Under the pieces are notes generated by a model. That model did not search any database. It had not been told where the DNA came from and saw nothing but the letters and a program-made list of their open reading frames with translations. Below are positions 1-8,789 of a DNA stretch of 64,000 nt, in pieces; within the stretch, counting starts at the first letter, position 1, and each line of letters begins with the position of its first letter. A program made the translations under genes and the position numbers. The stretch is from a virus, in the IMG/VR virus record IMGVR_UViG_3300017755_003154, positions 1-64,000 of that record. One strand, written 5' to 3'.

Positions 1-46
1 ATTCCACGAACGTTTTGGCAAGTACATTAGTGCCGCCAGTAACTAA
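1..46 (+). CDS. 3' end of an upstream gene (partial), possibly a MoxR-like AAA+ ATPase
   Basis: Frame from base 2 reads FHERFGKYISAASN-stop (TAA 44-46), followed by a terminator. The ATPase identity is inferred only from the usual AAA + HExxH/vWA pairing. Confidence 0.4.
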   Translation, partial: FHERFGKYISAASN

Positions 47-52
47 ATCATT

Positions 53-81
53 AAAGGGTAGGGTTCGCTCTACCCTTTTTT
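53..81 (+). terminator. Rho-independent terminator with UUCG tetraloop
   Basis: AAAGGGTAGGG-TTCG-CTCTACCCTTT: 11-bp stem with one G-U pair, followed by a T-run, 6 nt after a stop codon. Confidence 0.85.
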
Positions 82-95
82 GTTACCAAAAGCGG

Positions 96-123
96 TTGAC
101 TAATAGCGTAAATATGTTATTAT
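96..123 (+). promoter_or_regulatory. sigma70-type promoter
   Basis: TTGACT (96-101), 16-bp spacer, TATTAT (118-123) preceded by a TGn extended -10; AAGGA RBS upstream of the ATG at 152. Confidence 0.65.
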
Positions 124-151
124 GTAAGTATAGTAATGAAAAGGACATGGC

Positions 152-1447
152 ATGGGCTTAGATACTAAAGGATTCAAACCAGTAGAATTATCCCCCGAAG
201 AACTTGCAGTAATGCGTGAAGAAGTTCATGATAGGGTTATTGTAGCACGAGTAGGTCTTTTACTAAGACACCCTTTCTTTGGTAACATGGCCACACGTAT
301 GCGAGTACAAAATTGCGATGATTGGTGTCCTACTGCCGCAACAGACGGTCGTAACTTATACTACAACACACAATTTTTTAACATGCTATCTAATAAACAA
401 ATTGAATTTGTTATAGCACACGAAATATTACATTGTGTATTTGACCATATTATACGTAGAGATGATCGAGATCCTCGTGTATATAATATTGCATGTGATT
501 ATCTTGTTAACAATTTATTGGTACGTGATAAGATAGGCGAAGTAGTAAATCAAATACAAATCTTTCAAGACTTTAAATATGATGGCTGGATATCAGAAGA
601 AGTATATGATGATATTAAAGACAAATATGATGACGAAGAATTAGAAGCACTCGGAGAACTTTTAGACGAACACATTGATTGGGAAAAAGACGGAGATGAA
701 GAGGGTGAAGCAAACGGTGGAAAACCTAATGCTAGTGGCGGTAAAGATAAAGAAAAGAAATCTAAACGTCCTAAATATAGCAAAGAAGAATTAAAAAAGA
801 TACGTGATGAAATAAAAGAAAGCATGATTACATCTGCTCAATCTGCAGGTGCTGGTAATACACCGGGTGAAATTGCACGTATGATTAAAGAACTTACAGA
901 GCCTAAAATGAACTGGCGTGAGTTACTTCGTCAACAAATACAATCAACTATTAAAAGTGATTTTACATTTAGTCGTCCTTCACGTAAAGGTTGGCACACT
1001 GGTGCAGTATTACCTGGTATGAACTTTATGGATACAGTTGATCTTTGTATTGGTATTGACATGAGTGGTTCAATTGGTAATCAGCAAGCACAAGACTTCC
1101 TAGGTGAAGTAAAAGGTATTATGGACGAATACAAAGATTATAAAATTAAATTATGGTGTTTTGATACTGCCGTATATAATGAAGAAGACTTTAGTGCAGA
1201 TGGTGGTAATGACTTAATGGACTATGAAATTTTAGGTGGCGGTGGCACTGATTTTGATGCTAACTGGACCTATATGAAGCAAAACGATATACAACCTAAA
1301 AAGTTTATCATGTTTACAGATGGTTATCCATTTGGTAGTTGGGGAGACGAAGATTATTGTGATACTATTTTTGTTATCCACAGTCACCGTGATAAAAACT
1401 TACAGGCGCCATTTGGGATGACTGCACACTATGAAGAATCTGCTTAA
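152..1447 (+). CDS. HExxH metallopeptidase-like + vWA domain protein (DUF2201-like)
   Basis: TAATDG..., AHEILH (HExxH), NIACD, charged linker, vWA MIDAS DMSGS, GGGGTDF, FTDG. Confidence 0.85.
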   Translation: MGLDTKGFKPVELSPEELAVMREEVHDRVIVARVGLLLRHPFFGNMATRMRVQNCDDWCPTAATDGRNLYYNTQFFNMLSNKQIEFVIAHEILHCVFDHIIRRDDRDPRVYNIACDYLVNNLLVRDKIGEVVNQIQIFQDFKYDGWISEEVYDDIKDKYDDEELEALGELLDEHIDWEKDGDEEGEANGGKPNASGGKDKEKKSKRPKYSKEELKKIRDEIKESMITSAQSAGAGNTPGEIARMIKELTEPKMNWRELLRQQIQSTIKSDFTFSRPSRKGWHTGAVLPGMNFMDTVDLCIGIDMSGSIGNQQAQDFLGEVKGIMDEYKDYKIKLWCFDTAVYNEEDFSADGGNDLMDYEILGGGGTDFDANWTYMKQNDIQPKKFIMFTDGYPFGSWGDEDYCDTIFVIHSHRDKNLQAPFGMTAHYEESA

Positions 1448-1706
1448 AGCACCAAATCCGAATAATATTTTTAAGATAAGAAATCCTAAAGTACTTCCAC
1501 CACATTTTGAATATGCTGATGTAGAAGTGCTTTACAACCTAGAATCCGCAATACAGGAATGGATTAAAGATAATTTAAAAGGAAGGTTCATTGTTACGAA
1601 ATCAGCGAATCCTTCACGTTCATCAACTGCCCTTAGGATAGGGTTTGAAGATGGCAAAGAACTAAGTTATTTCATGTTAGCCTGTCCACTTTTGCGGTAC
1701 AAATAA
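1431..1706 (+). CDS. hypothetical protein
   Basis: 91-aa ORF overlapping the previous gene and filling the gap in a co-directional run. Confidence 0.7.
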   Translation: MKNLLKAPNPNNIFKIRNPKVLPPHFEYADVEVLYNLESAIQEWIKDNLKGRFIVTKSANPSRSSTALRIGFEDGKELSYFMLACPLLRYK

Positions 1707-1709
1707 ATA
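1702..1709 (+). promoter_or_regulatory. T4-late-like promoter motif (AATAAATA)
   Basis: 7/8 match to TATAAATA in the short intergenic region before AGGAG and the ATG at 1742. Confidence 0.5.
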
Positions 1710-1741
1710 AAGTACGCATATATATAATATAGGAGTAAATA

Positions 1742-2029
1742 ATGAGCGATACAAAAGACACAGTACAAGACGAACCTACTGTAGATGCCCCAGCAACTGC
1801 ACCAGCAGATGCACCGGCGGCTCCACAAGCAGGCGCAGACTTGTCAGTACAAGACCTCCAAGGACTTAAAACAATTATCGACGTTGCAAGTTCACGTGGA
1901 GCATTTAAGCCGAATGAAATGATGAGTGTTGGTCAAGTTTATGGCAAACTTGAAGCATTCCTTTCAGCGGTACAACAACAGCAAGCACAACAGGCACCGG
2001 CAAAAGCCGAACCTGGAACAGGAGCGTAA
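1742..2029 (+). CDS. small hypothetical protein (Ala/Pro-rich termini, helical core IDVASSRGAF)
   Basis: Strong AGGAG RBS; 95 aa. Confidence 0.8.
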   Translation: MSDTKDTVQDEPTVDAPATAPADAPAAPQAGADLSVQDLQGLKTIIDVASSRGAFKPNEMMSVGQVYGKLEAFLSAVQQQQAQQAPAKAEPGTGA

Positions 2030-2030
2030 T

Positions 2031-2627
2031 ATGGCTGAGATTAAACATGTTGGTAGACTTACTACTAACAACAGAAAATTAGTAGTAGCATACAGAACAA
2101 TTCCAGGGGAACCGGAAAATTGTTTAGTAATCCATACAGAAAGTTTGGACGCGGCTGATCATGACTCACTAATTAATATGGTTGAAGGAAACGCCGGACA
2201 AACTGCAAATGAGTTATCCGATGTTATGGCAAGAACACAATTAACTGATGGTTCTAATATGTTAGCACGTTTTCACCAAACAGGCAAACTTGTTAAAGTA
2301 CCAACAAAGATTGTTGAGTTACTGCCTAATAGAACTACTGCAATAAATTTAGCAGAACTAAATCAAACTATTGCAGATCAAAAAGGTGTAACTATTGCAG
2401 AATTAGCAACACCACCAGGCACGGAGGCACCAGCAGTAGCACCAACAAGTGATATTGTTGAAGATGCAACTCCAGCAGGCGATACTGCATTAGACGATGA
2501 AGCATTAGCCGCACAATATAGGTCACAAGCCGACTCTTTATTTAAAGAAGCAAAGAGACTAAGGGAGCAAGCAGAAGAACTAGCACCTACTAAGAAAAAG
2601 GCAAAGATGACTGAAAGTGCCTCGTAA
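2031..2627 (+). CDS. hypothetical protein with C-terminal coiled coil
   Basis: Start moved from 1926 to the ATG at 2031 (MAEIKHVG), which has GGAG at 2021 and follows the stop at 2029. Confidence 0.8.
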   Translation: MAEIKHVGRLTTNNRKLVVAYRTIPGEPENCLVIHTESLDAADHDSLINMVEGNAGQTANELSDVMARTQLTDGSNMLARFHQTGKLVKVPTKIVELLPNRTTAINLAELNQTIADQKGVTIAELATPPGTEAPAVAPTSDIVEDATPAGDTALDDEALAAQYRSQADSLFKEAKRLREQAEELAPTKKKAKMTESAS

Positions 2628-2922
2628 TAAACTATCAAAAGACGTTATTGCTCATTGGCCGGAAGTATTCAAGGACATAGAAGTACGTACTGTACCCCTT
2701 GAATACCTCCACTCTATTACTGTAAGATTTCGCGACGGTAAAGCATGGGTAATAGAATTAGACGAAAAAGCACCCAAAAAACCTGATTTAGAATATGGAT
2801 TAGAATCACTGTTTCGTGAATACGATGACGCTATAGACACTATAGATTTCAGGTTAAATACTCATAAAGTACGAAAAGACATAGAAGGACGCACTAAATC
2901 CTTTATGAAAAAACGTAAATAA
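2617..2922 (+). CDS. hypothetical protein
   Basis: GTG start overlapping the previous stop; 101 aa; basic C-terminus. Confidence 0.7.
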   Translation: MPRNKLSKDVIAHWPEVFKDIEVRTVPLEYLHSITVRFRDGKAWVIELDEKAPKKPDLEYGLESLFREYDDAIDTIDFRLNTHKVRKDIEGRTKSFMKKRK

Positions 2923-2948
2923 ATAAAATACAGTTAGTTTGTCAAAGG

Positions 2949-2956
2949 CATAAATA
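2949..2956 (+). promoter_or_regulatory. T4-late-like promoter motif (CATAAATA)
   Basis: Intergenic, 40 nt upstream of the fibre gene; AGGAG RBS follows. Confidence 0.55.
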
Positions 2957-2995
2957 CTGTATAAGTTAGAGTATGGAATATTCAGGAGCCATTAA

Positions 2996-4996
2996 ATGAG
3001 TTTAAGAATTAGAAGAGGAACCGATGCACAAAGAAGCGGCGTTACCTTTTTAGAGGGTGAGTTAGTTTATGCTACCGATACTAAAAAGATGTTCGTTGGT
3101 GACGGTACAACACTAGGTGGTATTGCAGTAGATAGCACTACAGGCAGTATCAGCCAATTAGCAGATGTAAATATAAACGGAATACAAACAGGTCAGATCT
3201 TACAATGGGATGGATCACAATTTATTGCAGGCGACGATGCAGGTGATAAAGAAAGCGTTACTGGTGCTGATAGCACAATTTTAGTTGACGCAACAAATAG
3301 TTCAATTAACTTAGATGGCACAGTAAAAGGCCATGTTATTCCAGATCAAAATGAAGTGTATGACTTAGGCTCCACTACTAAACGCTTCAACGATTTATAT
3401 CTTTCTGGTACAACAATTAACTTAGGCGGTGCAACAATTACAGCAACCGGCGGCGAAATTAGCATGGCTTTGAAATCTTCAGGCAATGTTGATACAAACG
3501 ATAACACAATTACAAACACTGCGGCTGGTGGAAACGTTACAGTTTCTCCTACAGCAGGAAAAATATTTAAGGTTGATGATACTGTAGGCGGTACATCATT
3601 TAGTGTTGACACAAATTTAAAAAGTGTTGGCGTTGACAATGGATATGGTTTAAAATTAGCAACATTTAATTCTGCACAATATAGTGCAATTACTCCACAA
3701 ACAGGGCAAATAGTATTTGACGATCCAACTAAAACATTAAAGATTTATAACGGTACTGCATGGGTATCATTATCAGGGGGCGTTGGTAGTGATGGATTTG
3801 CTGAAGGGCAAACATACGATGTTAATATTAATGGTAACATTGTAGGGGATGATAGTACATTACTTATAGACACAGCAAGTAAAAATCTTTCATTGCTTAC
3901 AGGTACTTTTGCAGGCTTATTACAAACAGGAACATTAGGTTCTACAACAATTAACAATGCTGGTACAGTAACAAGTGTTATTGTAGACTCAGCAACTATT
4001 AATAATACTGGAATAGTAACAACTAAAGATTTAGTTTCTCAAGACACTGCAACTTTAAATTTAGTAAATATTACCGATAGAATAAACGGTGATGTATTTG
4101 GTAGTATTACAGGTGATGCACATATTCAAGGAAGTATTACTGCTGATGATAGTAGTGTATTCTTTGATGCGGTGCAGAGAAATGTTACTGCAAATGAAGT
4201 TACTGCAAATCAAATTAATGTTGCACAAACAATAAGTGCAACTGAAATATCATCTGCTTTAAAAGGTAGTGTATTTGATGAATCATCAAATGTAATGGTT
4301 GATGCAATTAACAGTAACTTTTCTGGAGCATCATTAACAGTAAATACTGGTATTACTACACCTGCGATTAGTGGTCCAGCCGGTGAGATTCAAACAAATG
4401 CTGTAGGTGCTAATCCAGCAAGAATAACTTTCAACAGAGATAGTGTAGGCGCACTTGCAACTACACAAAGTATTGGACGTCAAATCATTATGAAAAATGT
4501 TGACGGCACTGAAACTGTTGTTGGTTCGCACAGTATGAGTGAAGAAACTTATAACTGGGTACACGCTCCAGGCGGAACATACGACTTCAACAACTATGTA
4601 ACATTCCATAAAACTGGTAAAGTTGCAATTAGTATGGGTCAAGCAAAAATTAGTGCAGAACCTGCGGCACACTTAGAAGTAGGTGGAAATATTAAAATGG
4701 ACGGTGGTCTTATTGGTGGTGTACAAACTATCAGTGGTCCAGGTGCAATTAATGTAACAACACTACACACAGAAATTACAACAACTGGTGCTGATGCATA
4801 TACACTTGCAGATGGTGTATTAGGACAAATGAAAATTATTAGTATGGTAGTAGATGGTGGTGACGCAACAGTTACTCCAACTACACTTGCAAATGGTACA
4901 ACTATTACTTTTGACGCTGTACACGATAATGTTACATTGATATACGGTGCTAACGGGTGGTTACCAATTGCAGTTCAAAACGCAGTAATAGCATAA
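2996..4996 (+). CDS. tail fibre / receptor-binding-like virion protein with Mtd-N-like N-terminus
   Basis: N-terminal IRRGT...EGELVYATDTKKMFVGDG; G/T/S/N-rich beta-type composition; GQIVFD..LKIYNGTAW knob; repeated DDST-like motifs. Confidence 0.75.
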   Translation: MSLRIRRGTDAQRSGVTFLEGELVYATDTKKMFVGDGTTLGGIAVDSTTGSISQLADVNINGIQTGQILQWDGSQFIAGDDAGDKESVTGADSTILVDATNSSINLDGTVKGHVIPDQNEVYDLGSTTKRFNDLYLSGTTINLGGATITATGGEISMALKSSGNVDTNDNTITNTAAGGNVTVSPTAGKIFKVDDTVGGTSFSVDTNLKSVGVDNGYGLKLATFNSAQYSAITPQTGQIVFDDPTKTLKIYNGTAWVSLSGGVGSDGFAEGQTYDVNINGNIVGDDSTLLIDTASKNLSLLTGTFAGLLQTGTLGSTTINNAGTVTSVIVDSATINNTGIVTTKDLVSQDTATLNLVNITDRINGDVFGSITGDAHIQGSITADDSSVFFDAVQRNVTANEVTANQINVAQTISATEISSALKGSVFDESSNVMVDAINSNFSGASLTVNTGITTPAISGPAGEIQTNAVGANPARITFNRDSVGALATTQSIGRQIIMKNVDGTETVVGSHSMSEETYNWVHAPGGTYDFNNYVTFHKTGKVAISMGQAKISAEPAAHLEVGGNIKMDGGLIGGVQTISGPGAINVTTLHTEITTTGADAYTLADGVLGQMKIISMVVDGGDATVTPTTLANGTTITFDAVHDNVTLIYGANGWLPIAVQNAVIA

Positions 4997-5710
4997 TTAA
5001 TAGTATTTCGTAACACTCATTAACTTCATAACATTTTCCCAAGTCTTAGGAATGTTCATTATTAAATGAATTGAGTTGTTTTCCCATGCATTTGTTCTAT
5101 GCACTTTAGTTGTGTCAATATAGTAAGCATTGCCTTCGTCTATATTAATTGGTGTATTATCTTGCACCCATTCGTAGCATGATTGATTAGTATTCTTTAA
5201 AAATACAACTACTCTAAAACAATCTCTAGTTAAGTAAGCATGATCTCTATGCGGAGGAAAGTATGCACCTGCATTTGCTTTTACTAGAAAAGTTCTACCT
5301 AACGGTGCAAAGAAATCACAAAGGTCATGTATGCTTGTTAAGTCTTTATACAACGGTGTAGGATACTTAAAGTCTGCTTCCATAACCTTACGGCCAGCAC
5401 GTTGTCTTGCTTCTGGTAAACTTAAACTGTCACTATGACTGTCGCCTTCTAATCCCCATAGCATTAAACCCTGCCTGCTGTTGTCTTTTCCGTCTCGTGG
5501 CAAATAAGGTACCCATTGCTGTTTGTACTCAGCAAGTTCTTTGTTAAAATGCGGAATATCTATTTGGAATTTTAATTTTTCATAAGAGCCAAGCATGTTT
5601 AATTGTAGTTCACATTTAATATCTTCTGCACTTGGTTCCATAAATTCTGGATTATTTTTATTTGCGGCTACAAAATCGTTACCAATATATTTCTTAAATC
5701 TATCTTCCAT
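4997..5710 (-). CDS. Asp/Asn beta-hydroxylase-like Fe(II)/2OG oxygenase
   Basis: PPHRD (HxD), distal VHRTNA and IHLIMN in a double-stranded beta-helix pattern. Confidence 0.7.
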   Translation of the reverse strand: MEDRFKKYIGNDFVAANKNNPEFMEPSAEDIKCELQLNMLGSYEKLKFQIDIPHFNKELAEYKQQWVPYLPRDGKDNSRQGLMLWGLEGDSHSDSLSLPEARQRAGRKVMEADFKYPTPLYKDLTSIHDLCDFFAPLGRTFLVKANAGAYFPPHRDHAYLTRDCFRVVVFLKNTNQSCYEWVQDNTPINIDEGNAYYIDTTKVHRTNAWENNSIHLIMNIPKTWENVMKLMSVTKYY

Positions 5711-6600
5711 TATATCTCCACTACAGGCGGATTCAAACTGTATCTACTTAACTTAGTTGGATACCCTGTTATTTCGTTGTCGTATGTTTCGTCTTTAACC
5801 ATAAGATGAAAAGTAATTGCAATCTTCCATTCGGCACCTTTCTTTTGAAAGTCTGTAGGTGCATGTAGTACACTTGTGTCTTGTACTATGCCACTGCATA
5901 GTTTCCAAGGAAGTACTGCTTCTATACTTAATCCTTCGTATATACTCATAGGTATACGGTCGGGCATTTCACGTTCCATCCATGCCCAGTCTAGTTTATC
6001 GTATTCTACACCTTCAACTCCGTACTGTTCATATGGTAATAGTCTAAAGGTATTTGAATAAGGACTAAAGTTAGGAATATGTCTACCTTGCATAAAGTGT
6101 GTAGCACGACCTCTGTACCTTTGATTAAAAGTTACATAATCTATTTTTACATCGTTATGTATTTCTAAAGGAATAATAATATCTTTGTAAGGACGATAGC
6201 CTGGAATGTGTGTAACACTATCCGTATGCAATCCATATGGACGAATACTCTTAAACATTTGATCGCCAACACTTACAGGATCATTTGATATCTCACTATA
6301 AAAGACCATATCATCTCCAAAGTGTTCATATACTTTAGACCGTAAAATATCATTTATTACGCTGTAGCGTATAGGGTGCGGAATGTTTACAATGTGTCCG
6401 TTTATTTCCCAACCAACATTGTTATACTCTTTATACCAAAAGTCAAGCAACTGTACACGTTCTTGTTCAGTAATAAAGTTATCTATACTGTAACTAGGTT
6501 CATACTGATCCTTAAAGAACTTTGTATTAGGATCATGTATAATGTCCATGTTCTTTAGTGTTTCGTCATCAAATGGCTTATTTGCCTTACAGTTTTTCAT
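5710..6600 (-). CDS. putative Fe(II)/2OG-type oxygenase
   Basis: GLHTDS (HxD), IIIPL, VLHAP; resembles 11300..12010. Confidence 0.55.
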   Translation of the reverse strand: MKNCKANKPFDDETLKNMDIIHDPNTKFFKDQYEPSYSIDNFITEQERVQLLDFWYKEYNNVGWEINGHIVNIPHPIRYSVINDILRSKVYEHFGDDMVFYSEISNDPVSVGDQMFKSIRPYGLHTDSVTHIPGYRPYKDIIIPLEIHNDVKIDYVTFNQRYRGRATHFMQGRHIPNFSPYSNTFRLLPYEQYGVEGVEYDKLDWAWMEREMPDRIPMSIYEGLSIEAVLPWKLCSGIVQDTSVLHAPTDFQKKGAEWKIAITFHLMVKDETYDNEITGYPTKLSRYSLNPPVVEI

Positions 6601-7048
6601 TTATAAAATCCCATTGTTTATCGCTAAACTCGTAAAAACTAATACTTATTGCAACTCGTGTATCTGTTATATCGTGTACTGCGTGGCTCTTAAATGTGTT
6701 TAATAAGTACCATTCATTTTCCTGTTGCGTATATGTACCCTCAACTACATTATCACCGCTGTAAACGCTTGTATGAGCGTTTAAACCACCTTTATTAAGT
6801 ACATAGTTAATAGCATATTCACGCTTATCTGTGTGTATATGCCCATTTAAACGTGGATCTATTAGTTGTGCAATTATGTGTGTTTTAGCAGGAAAGAAGT
6901 CTTTTGGAAACATACTTCTTATTTGTGTATCAACTTCATCAGTTACATAGTAACTAATATAACCTCCTACTTTGGCTTCTACTTGTACATCATTAGTATA
7001 CCATTTATCTGGTAGTTCTAAGGTAGGCAAGTTTAGTTTATGAAACAT
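6587..7048 (-). CDS. small cupin / Fe(II)-2OG-like oxygenase
   Basis: HIHTD...AINY...SHAV...RVAISI pattern. Confidence 0.55.
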   Translation of the reverse strand: MFHKLNLPTLELPDKWYTNDVQVEAKVGGYISYYVTDEVDTQIRSMFPKDFFPAKTHIIAQLIDPRLNGHIHTDKREYAINYVLNKGGLNAHTSVYSGDNVVEGTYTQQENEWYLLNTFKSHAVHDITDTRVAISISFYEFSDKQWDFINEKL

Positions 7049-7706
7049 CTAAGTCTTCCTGTGTTAGTACACTTACAATTAAATGCCAACGTTCAGTGTC
7101 GCCATTATTCCATGCACTGTGTTTGAATCCTTGATTTAAAAACCAACACTCTCCTAAGCCCATATGTATTTCTTCGCTATTACCTTGCTTGTCTGTATTT
7201 TTAAATCCACACTGATCGTTTGTTTTTAAAGGAATATGATACCTTACACTGTAATCAGTATTGTAATCAATATGTGGCTTAATAACTCCACCCGGTTTCA
7301 TTATTGCCATGCGTGTTCTAGTTGCTTCACCTACAAATGTATTCATTACTTCTTGTATGTAACTACCTTCAAGTTCAGGACGTAGTGCATTGTAATGACG
7401 TTCGTCAGGGCGTTTTTTACTAATCTTAATATCATAATCTCTATCAACTGCATCTGGATTAAATTGTGTCATACCAACTTGTGTATAACCACCTGTGGCA
7501 ATTCCACCAACATATTCTGTATACTTGCCAATACCAAACGCATATTCTAATGCAGGTGCCTTACTTCCTACTTTATCTCCGTATCCACCTTCAATAGTTA
7601 GATCATCATTTTTATCTTTTACGAAATTAAAGTCTTGTAGTATTCTTTCTACATCAAATTTATATGGTAATTTTTTAAAAAATGGAAGTTCTTCTCTACG
7701 TTTCAT
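7038..7706 (-). CDS. Asp/Asn beta-hydroxylase-like Fe(II)/2OG oxygenase
   Basis: RTRMAIMKPG..IKPHID..RYHIPL..HSAWN..RWHLI. Start set at 7706 (ATGA overlap with the upstream stop). Confidence 0.8.
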   Translation of the reverse strand: MKRREELPFFKKLPYKFDVERILQDFNFVKDKNDDLTIEGGYGDKVGSKAPALEYAFGIGKYTEYVGGIATGGYTQVGMTQFNPDAVDRDYDIKISKKRPDERHYNALRPELEGSYIQEVMNTFVGEATRTRMAIMKPGGVIKPHIDYNTDYSVRYHIPLKTNDQCGFKNTDKQGNSEEIHMGLGECWFLNQGFKHSAWNNGDTERWHLIVSVLTQEDLDVS

Positions 7707-8236
7707 AGTTTGGTACTCGCTTTGTATTGCCAACAACTTGGCGCTTCTGGTACGCACACACATTGTTTGTCATCGTACAAGTGCCATTGTGTGCCTGTTT
7801 TTTCTTGTATACTATTAATTAGTTTACGAAAGTATCTAGGACTTTTTTCTCGACTTATAAACGCATCAGTAAAACCTACTTCTTTACACATAGTCATTTG
7901 GTGTGTAATCATATCTATTAAATGAGGCATACTTAATTCAGTATGAGTACATGAAAGTCTTATACTTTGATCTTTCCAATACTTAGATAAAATTCTTACT
8001 TCATTTTCTGCATAGTATTCTGGCCTATGCCATGCTACACTAAATCCTTGTACAATGCCATCATTTTCATATACACTAATAACTTGATATTGTTCCCATT
8101 CTAATTTTTTGTAATTTGCATTTAACGGATCATTATCGTCAAATGGTAATTTATTTAATTGTTCTATTAGGTCGGGACGTTCGCTAGGATAAAAACTAAT
8201 AACGCCTGCCATATCTTTTTTAGGAGATTGCATCAT
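7703..8236 (-). CDS. putative GNAT-fold acyltransferase
   Basis: VYENDGIVQGFS..VRILSKYW..CKEVGFTDAFISRE spacing resembles GNAT; C-terminal CxCx5CW. Start uncertain (8236 or 8212). Confidence 0.4.
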   Translation of the reverse strand: MMQSPKKDMAGVISFYPSERPDLIEQLNKLPFDDNDPLNANYKKLEWEQYQVISVYENDGIVQGFSVAWHRPEYYAENEVRILSKYWKDQSIRLSCTHTELSMPHLIDMITHQMTMCKEVGFTDAFISREKSPRYFRKLINSIQEKTGTQWHLYDDKQCVCVPEAPSCWQYKASTKL

Positions 8237-8789
8237 TCCAAAACTCCTTTGATTTTTTAGCATGTATTAATAAGTGTAGACGTTGCTTGTCTGAATTGTT
8301 TTTTACATCATGTTCATAATGTATGTTTAGCACTAGTGGTACACCTGGTGCATAAGGCAACTGTTTTCCGTTGTGTGTAAACACACTTCCTTCTGGCCAA
8401 GTAATACAAATGTTTATAGGCTCTAACCAATTTTGATCTGGTACATCAATGTGTGGTGCAATATATCCGCCAGGCTCAATAACTAAGAAACGTACATCAT
8501 CAATACGTGCTAGTGGTAATGTGTTTATCCATTCCATTGTCTTAGGACACTGTGCGCCTATGTCTGTTACAGTCTTGCGTTCACGCTTTCCATATTCCCA
8601 ATGACTGTTTGTTTGTTTTGAGCCAATGCCATATAGTGTAACTGCCTTCCAGTCTTTGTGACCGTCTTCAGGTCGATGTATGATTATTGAATCTTTTACT
8701 GCTAGGTATTCTTGTTCAATAACGTCAACAGGAACTTTCCAGTTCATGTGTACATATTCTACATCACTATCTCTACTGTACGCCGTCAT
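8220..8789 (-). CDS. Asp/Asn beta-hydroxylase-like Fe(II)/2OG oxygenase
   Basis: VRFLVIEPGGYIAPHID..EHDVKN..RLHLLIH. Start uncertain; 8789 chosen. Confidence 0.8.
   Translation of the reverse strand: MTAYSRDSDVEYVHMNWKVPVDVIEQEYLAVKDSIIIHRPEDGHKDWKAVTLYGIGSKQTNSHWEYGKRERKTVTDIGAQCPKTMEWINTLPLARIDDVRFLVIEPGGYIAPHIDVPDQNWLEPINICITWPEGSVFTHNGKQLPYAPGVPLVLNIHYEHDVKNNSDKQRLHLLIHAKKSKEFWNDAIS

Noticed and set aside
1926-2030. Longer ORF-track starts (1926, 7763, 14916, 25677, 32444, 34543, 62097)
   Set aside because: Downstream ATGs give RBS support, 1-4 bp start/stop coupling or much shorter overlaps.
2996-4996. Mtd-like N-terminus suggesting a diversity-generating retroelement
   Set aside because: No reverse transcriptase and no template/variable repeat pair were seen in the window.
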